The notes: generated from the letters alone by a model not told the origin. DNA of 64,000 nucleotides from Nitrospirota bacterium (GCA_963733375.1 CAVTDB010000009.1:128001-192000), one strand, 5' to 3'; shown: positions 35,211 through 46,945, numbered from the stretch's first letter. A program made the numbers and translations.

Positions 35211-35327
35211 GTTTAAAAGTTTTTTGGCGGCAGCCCCGCGCTAACCCTTTTAGATGAAATCATAGCTACCCTACGGTATCAAAGCGGTGGGGACCCCTCC
35301 TTACCTTTTTTCCGAAAAATAGTGTAA
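35211..35327. repeat. Degenerate, interrupted copy of module B of the dispersed palindromic repeat
   Basis: GTTTAAAAGTTTTTTGGCG, ~70-bp insert, then TTACCTTTTTTCCGAAAAA. Confidence 0.5.
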
Positions 35328-36485
35328 TGAATTTAAAAAGCTCTTCCCCCTGTCGATTTTGATTTCCAGCGCCTCAGCTACCGTCGCGCCAAGGTCTGAG
35401 AAGCTTTCCCTCGTGCCGAGGTTTACGCCGCTTTTTATCCGGGGCCGTAAACGAGTAGCGGCACGTATTCGCGGGTATGGTCGGTGCCGCTAAAACCGGG
35501 GTCGGTCCCGTGGTCGCCGGTGATGAAAAACAGGTCGCCCGGCCTCATCGCGGCCATCATCTTAGGGAGCCAGCCATCGAACTCCACCAGGGCCTTATAA
35601 TACCCGACGGCGTCGTTTCTATGCCCGTAGAGCATATCAAAGTCCACCAGGTTTGTAAAAATAATTCCCTGCGTTATCTGCTCCGCCGCGCCCAGCGTCC
35701 TGTCCATGCCGTCCGTGTTGCCCGCCGTATGTACGGCTTCGGTAAGGCCCCGGCCCGCAAATAGATCTTCGATTTTCCCAATGCCGACCACGGACAGTCC
35801 CGCCGCTTTTCCTTGTCCAGCAGGGTATCGCCCGAGGGGTGAGTGAAAAATCTTTTCTATCGGTGGTGCGTCGGAAACGGCCGGGTACGCCTTTAAATGG
35901 CCTCGCGATTACCCTGCCGACGGCGTGCTTCCCAGGGAGCATCTCCCGCGCTGCCCGGCAGATATCGTAGAGTTCCGGAAGCGGTATCACGTCCACGTGC
36001 GCCGCGATCTGAAAAACGCTGTCAACGGAGGTATAGACTATCGGCTGGCCTGTTCTTAGATGCTCTTCGCCCAGCCTGTCGATTATTTCCGTGCCGGACG
36101 CGGCGACGTTGCCAAGCGCCTCCCTGCCGGTTCTTACTCTAAACTCGTCCATCAGTTCCGGCGGGAACCCGCGCGGATAGACGGGGAACGGCTTATCGAG
36201 CTTAAGGCCCGCTATCTCCCAATGCCCGGAGATGCTGTCTTTGCCCTTCGATTTTTCAGCCATGCGACCAAATGAACCCATACAATCCTGTCGCTTCGCA
36301 AGGCCCTTGAAATCACCCAGGTTCCCAAGTCCCAGAGACTCGAAATTCGGCAGGGAAAGCCCCCCCGCGGCCTCTGCCACGTGCAGGAGCGTATTCGCGC
36401 CCTCGTCGCCGTAATCCTTCGCGTCCGGGAGCGCGCCGACACCGAAGCCGTCTAAAACGATAATAAAAATTCTACCCAAGAACAA
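35301..36485 (-). CDS. deoB: Phosphopentomutase (frameshifts)
   Basis: [62 protein letters not shown]. Confidence 0.93.
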
Positions 36486-36572
36486 TACCTAATCCTGCCA
36501 AGTTAAAAATTCCGTTTTAAAAAAAACAGCGAGGGACAGAAATAATTTATCGTGCGGAAAATTCATGAAGCT

Positions 36573-37402
36573 TTATTTGAATTTCTTCAGGAGGTCCCGG
36601 CGGGCCTCGCCGATTGTGAGCGGGAGGCGGTCGAAACTTACGTGGTCTTCGTCCTTCATCTTCTCGATAAGCTCGGCAATCTGCGGGAGCCGGAGCTTTA
36701 CTCCTTTTAAGTCCGCTGAAGCGTTGAAAACTTCCGCCGGCGTGCCTTCTCTCGCCACTTTACCTTTGCTCAGGATATACAGCCGGTCTATAAAAAGCGG
36801 CACCAGGTCCACGTTGTGCGTCGCCATTACCATCGTTATCCCCTTCTCCCGGTTCAGGCGCATCAGGAGGTTCATCGTCTTGTACTCGCCCATCGGGTCC
36901 AGCCCCGCGGTAGGTTCGTCGAGTAACATTATATTCTGCCCCATAGCGAGCAGGCCGGCTATGCAGGCCCGTTTCTGCTGGCCGTAGCTAAGGCCTGGAT
37001 AGGCTTTTGTCCAAGGCCGCCAAGGCCCGCGTCCTCGATGGCCCTATCCACTCTGTCCTTCACTTCGCCCGGCGAAAAACCCATATTTACCGGGCCGAAG
37101 GCGACGTCCTCGGCAAGCGTCGCCGCGAATAGCTGGTCGGCGGGGTTCTGGAACACCATTCCCAACTGCCGGAAAAGTTCGCGCTTCGGGAATGTCGTTA
37201 ATTTTTTTCCGTTTATCTCGATTTGACCTGCGGAAGGTTTCAAAAGGCCGCACAGAAGCCTTAGCAGGGTAGTCTTTCCGGAGCCGTTGGAAGCGAGTAG
37301 CCCTATGAACTCGCCTTTTCCCGCGCGGAAATCGACGTTAGACAGGGCGGCAGTCCCGTCCGGATAGGCAAAAGAGATGGTTTCGGCCCTTACAGCGTCC
37401 AT
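36573..37402 (-). CDS. cbiO: Cobalt ECF transporter ATPase (frameshift)
   Basis: NGSGKTT, VFQNPADQLFA, LLDEPTAGLDP, ATHNVD. Confidence 0.88.
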
Positions 37403-38070
37403 TATCCTTCGTACCCGCGGAGTTCCATGGAATCGGCGGCGGCCTCGGCGCGGGAGTAAGCCCTGACGAATACCGCGCCGCAGAGCGTGCCGAGCGAGCG
37501 GACGGACACCCCCGCCCCGGAATATCCCAGGCGGATTTTCTGCGCCTGGTATATGGTTACGGCGTCGTCTAACAGGACGAATATATACCGGTAGGCAAAA
37601 AGGGACAACTCCACCAGCGCCTTCGGCATCCTGAGCCTCGCAGCCGCTGAAAGGAGCTTATGGACGGGCGTCGTCATCGTGAGGAAAAGTACTACAAATA
37701 CCGCGCCGAATACGCGTGCCATTATATGAAGCCCGCGTCGAAGACCCTGCGCGCTTAGGGAAAGGTTCAGCCCAAAAACCTCCAAGCGGGCAAGCGGCGC
37801 GCCGGCGGTTAAAAACACCTGGAACAGCACAATCATCAGCGCGAAGAACAAGGGCTCCGAGACCCTGAAAAGCACGGTCTTAACCGGCGCGCCGGATACA
37901 AGGAGCAGGGCAAAGCAGACTATCCCTATCGTAACCGGCACTGCGGGGTTGGGAGAGGCTACGGCAAGGACGAGACACGCCGCCGAGGCGATAATTTTGG
38001 CCCTGGCGTCCATGCGCCTTATAAACCCGCCATTTTCGGCGTAGGCTTCCGAAAATATCTCAACCTTCAT
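37402..38070 (-). CDS. cbiQ: Cobalt ECF transporter T component
   Basis: MDARAK, AYRYIFVL, AQKIRLGY, MELRGY. Confidence 0.88.
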   Translation of the reverse strand: MKVEIFSEAYAENGGFIRRMDARAKIIASAACLVLAVASPNPAVPVTIGIVCFALLLVSGAPVKTVLFRVSEPLFFALMIVLFQVFLTAGAPLARLEVFGLNLSLSAQGLRRGLHIMARVFGAVFVVLFLTMTTPVHKLLSAAARLRMPKALVELSLFAYRYIFVLLDDAVTIYQAQKIRLGYSGAGVSVRSLGTLCGAVFVRAYSRAEAAADSMELRGYEG

Positions 38071-38416
38071 CCGTCTCTCCTCCGGGCTTCTTTGTCGCGA
38101 TGAAATCCCGGTAATAGTAGCCAATGATGAATCCGCCGGCGACTCCCGCAACCAAAAAAACGAACAGCAACACGTCGCCCGTAGGCTCTATAAAGTGCAG
38201 CTTCGGGGGACGGCCATGTTCCACGGAGTATTTCTCCACGACAGTCTCGTCCACGCCCTGCCATTTTTCTGCGGCAGGGCCGACACCGTGAAAAGCACAG
38301 CAGAAACGAAAAGGACAGGGCGAATACCAGGCCGCCCAGGCCGATAGTGCGCTCAGGCCGGTTGCCCGGCTTCGACCGCCATGGTTTTGAACGGCAGGCC
38401 GTCCTACGGCCTTCAT
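38060..38416 (-). CDS. Small membrane accessory subunit of the cobalt transporter (CbiN-like)
   Basis: KWQGVDETVVEK..DVLLFVFLVAGVAGGFIIGY, located between cbiM and cbiQ. Confidence 0.65.
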   Translation of the reverse strand: MKAVGRPAVQNHGGRSRATGLSALSAWAAWYSPCPFRFCCAFHGVGPAAEKWQGVDETVVEKYSVEHGRPPKLHFIEPTGDVLLFVFLVAGVAGGFIIGYYYRDFIATKKPGGETDEG

Positions 38417-38450
38417 GCCTCCACCTCCCTGATCGCAGGCATTGCTGCTT

Positions 38451-39163
38451 TTACTCCAGAAGCTCCGGCCTTCGGCTTTGCAGGAACTTCACCGCCCCGG
38501 CGGTCATAAAACCTTCCAGGATGCCGAGCGGGAGCTGGGTCGGCACGAATGCGAGCGCTATAGTATAGAAAAGTTTATAGAACTCTCCCGGCCCGTGCAG
38601 TGCGGAGGCAAGCTCAAACGACGTCGTCGCGTATACGGCCCAGTCTCCGATAAGCCCCGCAAAGAACGCCGCAACGACCAGCGGCACGCTGAGTTTCGTA
38701 AGCCCCTTGAAGACTCGCATACCCGACGAAGGAACCGACTATCCCCATGGAGGTGATGTTCGCCCCCCACGTGGTTATCCCGCCGTGCGCAAGGAAAAGC
38801 GCCTGGAGCAGAAGCGCCACGGCCGTGGCAAGGATGCTGTACATCGGCCCTATGAGTATCGCCGCCATCGCGGTCCCGGCCGGGTGCGAGCACGTCCCCG
38901 CGGTCGGGACCGGGATGGGCATGCACGATACTATGAATATCGCCGCCGCCACCATGCCGAGAAGCGGCTTTTTCCTGCCGACGTTTTTGTCCTTTTTCAG
39001 TTTATAAAGCCCGAGGGCCACAAAGGGCATCGAGAGGCCATACCATAACGCGCACCAGTCAAACGGCAGGATGCCCTCGCCGATGTGCATGGCGTATGCG
39101 TTTACGGGTATGGCAAAGAGGGCGACAAGCGACCCCGCAACAAACAACTTTCTGACTTTTCAT
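38451..39163 (-). CDS. cbiM: Cobalt ECF transporter S component with leader peptide (frameshifts)
   Basis: AYA-MHIGEGILP, GTCSHPAG, LLQALFLAHGGITTWGAN, FVPTQLPLGILEG. Confidence 0.9.
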
Positions 39164-39197
39164 TCCGCGCCTCCGGTTAAGGTCAAATCCCTCGAAA

Positions 39198-39248
39198 CAA
39201 AAAAATCCTCCCCGGGAGCACCCGCAAGCGGGTTTTAAGGGGAGGATT
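39198..39248 (-). terminator. Intrinsic terminator in the riboswitch expression platform
   Basis: Minus strand AATCCTCCCC...GGGGAGGATT followed by a T run, between aptamer and cbiM. Confidence 0.65.
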
Positions 39249-39311
39249 ATACGTTTTTATAATCCAGATATGGATGCCGCCTCCTTTTCCATTAGAGGAC
39301 GGCTTTATTTT

Positions 39312-39533
39312 CCGGCAGGTCTTCTGGCTCCCGGGTCTTCCTACTCCCCACGCCTTCCCATCCCTTAAGGACAGTGGCTTATCTTATGGGTTTCGTCACC
39401 GGTTACAGCGGCGGGTCCGCTCCCGGTTTAATCTCACCCCACCTGGCCTTTCGCGCTGCCGGAGGTGGAGAGTGTAACTCGGTAAGAGGCAAATTATACG
39501 GGATTCCCTTTTAAGCCCCGAAGGGCGCCGAAA
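39312..39533 (-). ncRNA. Cobalamin riboswitch with expanded L4
   Basis: Minus strand GGCTTAAAAGGGAATCCCG...CGGGAGCGGACCCGCCGCTGTAA...GCCACTG...GGGAAGG...GAGCCAGAAGACCTGCC, upstream of cbiM. Confidence 0.92.
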
Positions 39534-39543
39534 ATCAAACCAA

Positions 39544-39572
39544 AATATATCCGAAGCGGGGAGCCATGTCAA
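39544..39572 (-). promoter_or_regulatory. Sigma-70 promoter for riboswitch-cbiMNQO
   Basis: TTGACA-N17-TATATT immediately upstream of the aptamer 5' end. Confidence 0.75.
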
Positions 39573-39593
39573 GAGATTCATTCTAAATAAGAA

Positions 39594-40173
39594 CGGCGGG
39601 TTAATTTGTAATTTTTTTTGACATGCTCTAATATTTCTTGTAGATAATCTGTGTCCCTGATTTTCCCTGTTTCATGCCAAGGAGGGTTCAATGCGGCTTT
39701 CAAAGGGTATTATCGCAGCTGCGTTTGTTTTCGTTTCGATCACGTTATCGTGCGCCTGCTCATGGGCGGGTATAAACGAAGACCTCTTCAAGGCGGCCAT
39801 ATACGGCGACGCCGAAGCAGTAAAGAGCTTGCTTGCCAAGGGCGCGGACGTGAACGCGAAGGATAAGGGCGGCGGGACGGCGCTGATGATGGCGATTAAT
39901 AACAACCATGCCGGCGTTGTGCGCCTGCTGATCGATAAGGGCGCGGACGTGAACGCGTAAGGATAAGGACGGCTGGACGGCGTCTGATGGTGGCGAGTTA
40001 TAAAGAGCCATCCGACGTTGTGCGCCTGCTGATCGATAAGGGCGCGGACGTGAACGCGAAGTCTTCCGACGGCAACACCGCGCTGTCGCTTGATATGAGC
40101 CATATGGACATTGAAAAAATGCTCAAGGCCGCGGGGGCGAAGGACGAGTAGACAAGGGCGGCGGGTTAATTTG
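39594..40173. repeat. 15-bp direct repeat CGGCGGGTTAATTTG flanking the ankyrin gene
   Basis: Copies at 39594-39608 and 40159-40173. Confidence 0.75.
39691..40151 (+). CDS. Exported ankyrin-repeat protein (indels near 39958-40010)
   Basis: Signal peptide; three KGADVNA units, G.TALM/TAL motifs; ends LKAAGAKDE*. Confidence 0.85.
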
Positions 40174-40523
40174 CAACGCTCTTAATAGCTCCTCCTGCTT
40201 CGCGCCCGAACTCATCGTAAAATAACCTCCATCAATATATAAATGACTTATCCGCCGATTTACCGGCGGGTATCGATTTCAGCCATTTTAAGGGACCGGG
40301 GCGGCTTTTGATGCATGGAAGGGGGTTTACGAATACATCGTTTTTTTGCGGGAATTAAACGAAATTCACTTTATTCCGCAAGGAGTTACGCTCGAAAATC
40401 GCCCGGTTTTTTCGCACGGAAAATCGAATTTCGAAGCTCGGAACTATTTGAAAAATAAAGGTTACTTTGCGCCTGAACCGGCTTTTCCGCCCCCGGTCAG
40501 CCTTTAATCAAAGAGTATTTATA

Positions 40524-40943
40524 TTAGACCAGGTTTTTCCCCGTGGTGGCCATGGTGAGCTTGCCGTGGACGACGCCCTTGGTGCCGATTAACCTGTCCG
40601 CGATCTTCTTCACCACCGAACTCTTTCCCCGGACGACCATCACTTCCAGGCAGTTGTGCTGGTCCAGGTGGACGTGGAGGTTGGATATTATGGAGTTATA
40701 AGAGTCGTGCTGGATGTCGTTCAAGGTATCCGGAAGCTCGCGGGTGTGGTGGTTATAGACCAGCGTAATCGTCCCCACCACCTCCTTGTCCGACTCCCAC
40801 TCCCCTTCAACTAGCGAGTCCCGGATAAGGTCGCGGACGGCCTCGGAGCGGTTCGTGTAGCCCTTTTCGTTCAGGGAGCGGTCGAACCTGTCGATGAGCT
40901 TTCTGTCTATGGATATTGCGAACCTTGCCAGTCCTTTTGTCAT
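40524..40943 (-). CDS. nikR: Nickel-responsive transcriptional regulator
   Basis: [38 protein letters not shown]. Confidence 0.95.
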   Translation of the reverse strand: MTKGLARFAISIDRKLIDRFDRSLNEKGYTNRSEAVRDLIRDSLVEGEWESDKEVVGTITLVYNHHTRELPDTLNDIQHDSYNSIISNLHVHLDQHNCLEVMVVRGKSSVVKKIADRLIGTKGVVHGKLTMATTGKNLV

Positions 40944-41119
40944 GTTTGCCCCCCTCCTTAAGGTATTATTGCCATTTAAAAAAAACACTGTCAAGAAAAA
41001 TTCTTCGGGAAACCATCCAAAAAAAACATGGGATTTACCCTACATTTATCTTGACAAGAGAAGTATGGTATTGATATTCTGTGACCGGCGCAGTTTTTAA
41101 GAAATTATTCAGGGACTTA

Positions 41120-41860
41120 ATGTACGAAGTCAGGGCCTACAGGGATTTTTCCCGTCCGGCGGACCTTGTCCCTTTTACCGTGGTGGTAAAGGAGACGGAC
41201 CTTTTCATCCTGGCCCGGACGGACCTTAAGGAACTGGCGCTCGAAACGGTTATCAACCACCGGCACAAGCTGGAGTCTTTCATAAGGAAATACCCTGAAT
41301 TCAAGACGTCGCTTTCTCCGGTAAAGATACCCGAGGGAGCGCCCGAAGTCGCCCGCATCATGGCCGTTAGCCGGGGAAGCCGCGGGCGTGGGCCCGATGG
41401 CCGCGGTCGCCGGGACATTCTCGGAGCTTGTGGGAAACGCCTTGATGGAACGCTCCCCCGAGGTGATAGTAGAGAACGGCGGAGACATCTTCATCAATAC
41501 GGTCAAGGAACGCTCCATCGCCCTTTTTGCCGGAGATTCTCCGCTTTCCGGCAAGGTCGGGATAAAAATATCTCCCGGCGACTGCCCGCTCGGCGTCTGC
41601 ACGTCGTCGGGCAAGGTAGGGCCTTCTCTGTCGCTTGGGCTTGCGCACGCGGCCTGCATAATAGCCAAATCCGCAGCCCTTGCGGACGCCGCGGCCACGG
41701 CCGCCGGAAACGCCGTCAAGGCCGAAGGCGACGTAAAGGCGGGGTTGGACATAGCCGCGAAGATAGAGGGCGTCCTGGGCGCGGTGATAATTTCAGGCGA
41801 TAAACTGGGCGCATGGGGAAAGGTGGAACTGGTGGAAATATCCATCTCCGGGAGGGGCGA

Positions 41861-41864
<4 letters not shown>
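41120..41864 (+). CDS. UPF0280/ApbE-like protein (frameshift)
   Basis: [44 protein letters not shown]. Confidence 0.88.
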
Positions 41865-42790
<926 letters not shown>

Positions 42791-42807
42791 TTATCTGGAG
42801 GGAACGT

Positions 42808-43272
42808 ATGCAGTTATCCACTAAAGGGAGATACGCGGTACGCGCCATGTTCGACCTCTCCTTTTATTCAAAAGGGGAGCCGGTGCCGCTTTCGAGGATT
42901 TCCGAGCGCGAGGAGATATCTCTTCATTACCTTGAGCAACTCTTTAACAGGCTGAGGAAGGGCGGCGTCGTCGAGTCCGTCCGGGGCCCGTCCGGCGGTT
43001 TCAGGCTTTCGAGAAAACCGGCCGAGATTACCGTCGAGGAGATAATCCGGGTGGTCGAGGGCAACATAATGCCGGTGAACTGCGTGGAGGCCAAGGACAA
43101 GAAGAAGATATGCCACCGCGCGGACAAATGCGTGACTTTCATCCTCTGGAAGAGGCTTGGCGGCCATATCACGGACTACCTCTCCTCCGTCACGCTTCAG
43201 GACCTGGTGGACGAGGCCAGGGAGATGCAGGAGTCGGGCAAGGTAAGCCACGACTACATGTTTTACATTTAA
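42808..43272 (+). CDS. Rrf2-family regulator with three Cys (IscR-like)
   Basis: LSTKGRYAVRAM, YLEQLF, SVRGPSGG, NC..IC..KC. Confidence 0.9.
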   Translation: MQLSTKGRYAVRAMFDLSFYSKGEPVPLSRISEREEISLHYLEQLFNRLRKGGVVESVRGPSGGFRLSRKPAEITVEEIIRVVEGNIMPVNCVEAKDKKKICHRADKCVTFILWKRLGGHITDYLSSVTLQDLVDEAREMQESGKVSHDYMFYI

Positions 43273-43293
43273 GAACACCGGGGCGAGAATCCT

Positions 43294-44235
43294 ATGGACG
43301 ACCATAAGCTGAAAGTTTTTTGCACGGTCGCCGATACGAAGAGTTTTTCCAAGACTTCGGAAATAATACACCTGACCCAGCCCGCGGTGAGCCTCCAGAT
43401 ACAGGCGCTCGAAGAGCTGTACGAGACGAAACTTTTCGACCGCTCCGGCGGCTCGGTAACGCTCACGCCCGCGGGTGAGCTTCTATATAAGTACGCGAAA
43501 GATATCCTGGGGCTGTACGCCTCCGCCAGAAGGGACATAAACGCGATGATAGGCCTGGTGAAGGGAAACCTCTCCATCGGCGCCTCCACGACCGTCGGGA
43601 ACTACCTCCTGCCCTCGGTTATAGTCAGCTTCCGCAAAAACCACCCCCGCATCTGGACGAACCTCGTCGTAGGCAACACGAAGATTATCGTCGAGAAGCT
43701 CCTTTCCGGGGAGATAGACCTGGGGATAGTGGAAGGGGACGTGGCGAAGCACAACCTCGTGGTGGAGAAGCTTATCCCGGACGAGATGGTCGTCATCATG
43801 AGCCCGGACCACGAATGGGCCAAAAGGAAGAACCTCTCGATATCCGAGCTTTCGAAGGAGCCGCTGATAATGCGGGAAAAAGGCTCCGGCACAAGGCAGA
43901 TGGTGGAGAAGTTCCTGGAGGAGAACCAGGTGTCGCCGGACAGCCTGAAGGTTACGCTGGTCATGGGCTCCACGGAGGCGATAAAGACCGCCGTGGAAGA
44001 CGGACTCGGCATTTCCATCCTCTCGGCCTGGGCGGCCAGGAAAGAGCTGAAAGCGGGCCTTCTCGTGGCCAACACCTTCAAGGACGCCCGGTTAACCCGC
44101 TATTTCAGCCTCATCCAGAGGAAAAAAGGGTTCACGTCGCACACGCTGGGCGAGTTCCTGGAGTTCCTGAGGATATACCAGTACGAAGACCCGCTCATCG
44201 CTTCACAATCGTCGCAGTCATCACAATCCTATTGA
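43294..44235 (+). CDS. LysR-family regulator (CysL-like)
   Basis: SFSK..LTQPAVSLQI HTH; IGASTTVGNYLLP, REKGSGTR, GSTEAIK. Confidence 0.9.
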   Translation: MDDHKLKVFCTVADTKSFSKTSEIIHLTQPAVSLQIQALEELYETKLFDRSGGSVTLTPAGELLYKYAKDILGLYASARRDINAMIGLVKGNLSIGASTTVGNYLLPSVIVSFRKNHPRIWTNLVVGNTKIIVEKLLSGEIDLGIVEGDVAKHNLVVEKLIPDEMVVIMSPDHEWAKRKNLSISELSKEPLIMREKGSGTRQMVEKFLEENQVSPDSLKVTLVMGSTEAIKTAVEDGLGISILSAWAARKELKAGLLVANTFKDARLTRYFSLIQRKKGFTSHTLGEFLEFLRIYQYEDPLIASQSSQSSQSY

Positions 44236-44266
44236 TTTGGCATAAAGTTCGGGTATAATACCGAAT

Positions 44267-44548
44267 ATGAGATTAACTCAGCAACAGATACGCTCGGTTT
44301 CCGAAGGAGTGGTCAAAGAAGCCGTCCGGCGCCGGGCGCTTAAGCTACTCGTCCCGGACGAGGAGGCTTTCGCCCTGGTCGAGAAGGCGATAGCCGAGGA
44401 CCTGATGGTGGAAGACCGCTTGAACGAGGAAGTGAAACAGATACTGAAGACTTACGAGCGCGAGATAGAGCAGGGCCGCGCGGACTATAAGACCATGTTC
44501 GACCTGGTCAAAAAGAAGCTCGTGCGCGAGCGGGGACTGGTGCTTTAA
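44267..44548 (+). CDS. DUF507-family protein
   Basis: EDRLNEEV..DYKTMFDLVKKKLVRERGLVL. Confidence 0.8.
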   Translation: MRLTQQQIRSVSEGVVKEAVRRRALKLLVPDEEAFALVEKAIAEDLMVEDRLNEEVKQILKTYEREIEQGRADYKTMFDLVKKKLVRERGLVL

Positions 44549-44830
44549 ATGAAACTCTCCGACGACAAGGTAGCCCACCTCTCTCACGTCGTATTCGACG
44601 CGCTTGTAAAGAGCGGCGCGGCGGAAGTCCCGGACAAAGACGACGCGCGGGCCCGGCGCGAGCTTAAGCAGGCAATCGCGAAAACCGTGGCGGGTGAAGA
44701 GGAACTGGAAGAGACGGTCAGGAAAAAAGTCCTCTCTTACTCCCGGAAGGTCGTGGAAGGAAGCCAGGAGTGGGATATACTCTTCCATAAGCATTATCAG
44801 GAAGAGCTGAAAAAAAAGGGCAAGGGTTAA
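44549..44830 (+). CDS. DUF507-family protein
   Basis: MKLSDDKVAHLSH..EGSQEWDILFHKHYQEE. Confidence 0.8.
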   Translation: MKLSDDKVAHLSHVVFDALVKSGAAEVPDKDDARARRELKQAIAKTVAGEEELEETVRKKVLSYSRKVVEGSQEWDILFHKHYQEELKKKGKG

Positions 44831-44854
44831 TCCTTCGGCCGGAGGTGTACGCAG

Positions 44855-46945
44855 TTGTCAAGTTCAACCGAATCCGGCGGTTTCTTAAGAAGAAATTACC
44901 TGGCGATCTTCGTCTTCCTGGCTTACGCGGAGGCCGCCGTCAGCCCCTTCATGGACCTGAAATGGGACTCGCCGTTCCTCGTTTTCTGGTCCGCCCTGCT
45001 TTTATCACTCCTGACAATCAGTTTTTTCAAGCTGCTCCACCCCGTGGCGCAGGCGCGGGCGGACCTCTGTTTCGTCGTCTCTTTAATCCTGGCGCTGGAC
45101 CTTTTCTCCGTCCTTCTGGGTCCCGACAGCCATTGGCTCCAGCCGATGAACTATGTCTTAATCGCGCTCTGCGCGGTCTATTACTCGCTGGGCTTTAATT
45201 TCATAGTCGCCGCCCTTATCTTCGTCCTTCAGTTAATGGGCGTAATCTCCGCGGGCCCCGCGCCTAAATCCTTCGCCAGTCTTGCCGTCTTCGGCGCATA
45301 TCTTCTGGGCACCGCCATAATCCTTGGCAGGCTCTTTCAGTCTGAGCAGAAAAAGAAAGAAAAAGCCATGCTGGCGGTCCGCAGGATACATGAAGGCGCG
45401 GCGGGCCTGACCCCGGGAGAGGAGCAGCAGTTATCCTCCATCTCCCCGCAGGGCCGTTTTTCAAACCTGGTGGAGACCGCGGCGGAGCTTGACAGGGTGT
45501 TGGAGGAGCTTCTCCTGACGGTTAAAACTGCCATCCCCTGCGACAACGCGATGATTTTCATGGCTACGGAGGATGAGGGCAGGCTTTATCTGCGCCTGTA
45601 TATAGGCAGCTCCGAACTGGCCGACTCCCCGGAAATTGCCCTGGGCCAGGGACTTACGGGATGGGTGGCGAAGGAGAAGAAGCCGGTGCTGGTGAAAGAC
45701 GGCGCCCACGGCCTCGGCTACTTGAAAGACGAGCGGGAGGTAAACGCGTTTCTCGCCGTGCCTATAATGAACGGCGGTTTCCTGGAAGGCGTTATCGCGC
45801 TGGACTGCTCCACCGGCTCCTTTACTGAAAAAGATAAAGAAAGCTTGACCGGGTTCGCCTCTCTCGCCCTTCACGTCCTCCAGAACGCAAGGGCATATCA
45901 GCGGGTGGACATGTCCGCCAAGGAGTTCGAGGCCCTGCACCGGATAAGCGCGGAACTTTCCTCCAGCCTCGACCTTAAAACGATATTGGAGAAGCTGGCG
46001 ACGTGCTCGCGGGAGATAATCGCCTACGACTATCTGACCGTATCTTTCATGGAGGGGCCGGACACCGCGGCATTCAAGATATTAAAGGGATACGACGGCC
46101 TTAAAATCCCGGAAGGTCCCGTCCCTCTCGCCGGGAGCCTGCTGGGGTGGATCGTGGAGAACAGGCAGGAGCTTTGCTTCACGGACTTGGACCAGCGGGC
46201 TCAGAAACTCCCCGTCTTTCCGGACGGACTGCTGAAGACGGAGTTCAAATCTTTTCTTGGAATACCCTTCTTAAGCCAGGACGCGTGCATGGGCGTCTTT
46301 ACGATAGCCATGCGCGCGCCCGACGCGATAACAGCCTACCAGCACCAGACCCTGTCCATTATAGCGAACCAGGTAGCCGTCAATATCGCCAACGCGAAGT
46401 TCCACCACATGATGGAGAAGATGGCTACGACCGACGGCCTGACCGGGCTTACAAACCACAGGGCTTTCCAGGAGAAGGCGGACCAGGAGTTCGAAAGGGC
46501 CCAGAGATACCCTCAGTCGATCGCGCTTTTGCTCTTCGATATCGACCACTTCAAGAAGATCAACGACAGCTACGGCCACCCCGTCGGGGACGCGGTGCTG
46601 AAGAAAATAGGAAAGCTCTTAAACGAAACGGTGCGCACGGTGGATGTGGCGGCCCGCTACGGCGGAGAAGAGTTCGTCGCGCTCCTCGTAAACACCGACT
46701 TCAAGGGCGCCTCCCAGATGGCCGAGAGGATACGCGCCAGCATAGAGAAAAGCAAGTTCCTCTTAAACGGCCAGAGGATACCCGTCACCGTAAGCGTCGG
46801 CTTCGCCGTCTTCCCGGAAGACGCGAAGGAAAAGAGTGCGCTTATAGAGATGGCCGACCAGGCCTTGTATGCCGCCAAGGACGGCGGCCGCAACCAGTGC
46901 CGCGCTTACAAGGAGATCGCGGCAACGGCGTCTTCTTCGCGTTAA
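44855..46945 (+). CDS. Membrane-bound dual-GAF diguanylate cyclase
   Basis: N-terminal TM helices, two GAF domains, DGLTGL.N, DIDHFK..ND..GH, RTVD I-site, GGEEF. Confidence 0.92.
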   Translation: MSSSTESGGFLRRNYLAIFVFLAYAEAAVSPFMDLKWDSPFLVFWSALLLSLLTISFFKLLHPVAQARADLCFVVSLILALDLFSVLLGPDSHWLQPMNYVLIALCAVYYSLGFNFIVAALIFVLQLMGVISAGPAPKSFASLAVFGAYLLGTAIILGRLFQSEQKKKEKAMLAVRRIHEGAAGLTPGEEQQLSSISPQGRFSNLVETAAELDRVLEELLLTVKTAIPCDNAMIFMATEDEGRLYLRLYIGSSELADSPEIALGQGLTGWVAKEKKPVLVKDGAHGLGYLKDEREVNAFLAVPIMNGGFLEGVIALDCSTGSFTEKDKESLTGFASLALHVLQNARAYQRVDMSAKEFEALHRISAELSSSLDLKTILEKLATCSREIIAYDYLTVSFMEGPDTAAFKILKGYDGLKIPEGPVPLAGSLLGWIVENRQELCFTDLDQRAQKLPVFPDGLLKTEFKSFLGIPFLSQDACMGVFTIAMRAPDAITAYQHQTLSIIANQVAVNIANAKFHHMMEKMATTDGLTGLTNHRAFQEKADQEFERAQRYPQSIALLLFDIDHFKKINDSYGHPVGDAVLKKIGKLLNETVRTVDVAARYGGEEFVALLVNTDFKGASQMAERIRASIEKSKFLLNGQRIPVTVSVGFAVFPEDAKEKSALIEMADQALYAAKDGGRNQCRAYKEIAATASSSR

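Noticed and set aside
39955-39965. TAA within the ankyrin gene as true truncation
   Set aside because: GCG-T-AAG-GAT-AAG matches the other repeat (GCG AAG GAT AAG) with one extra base
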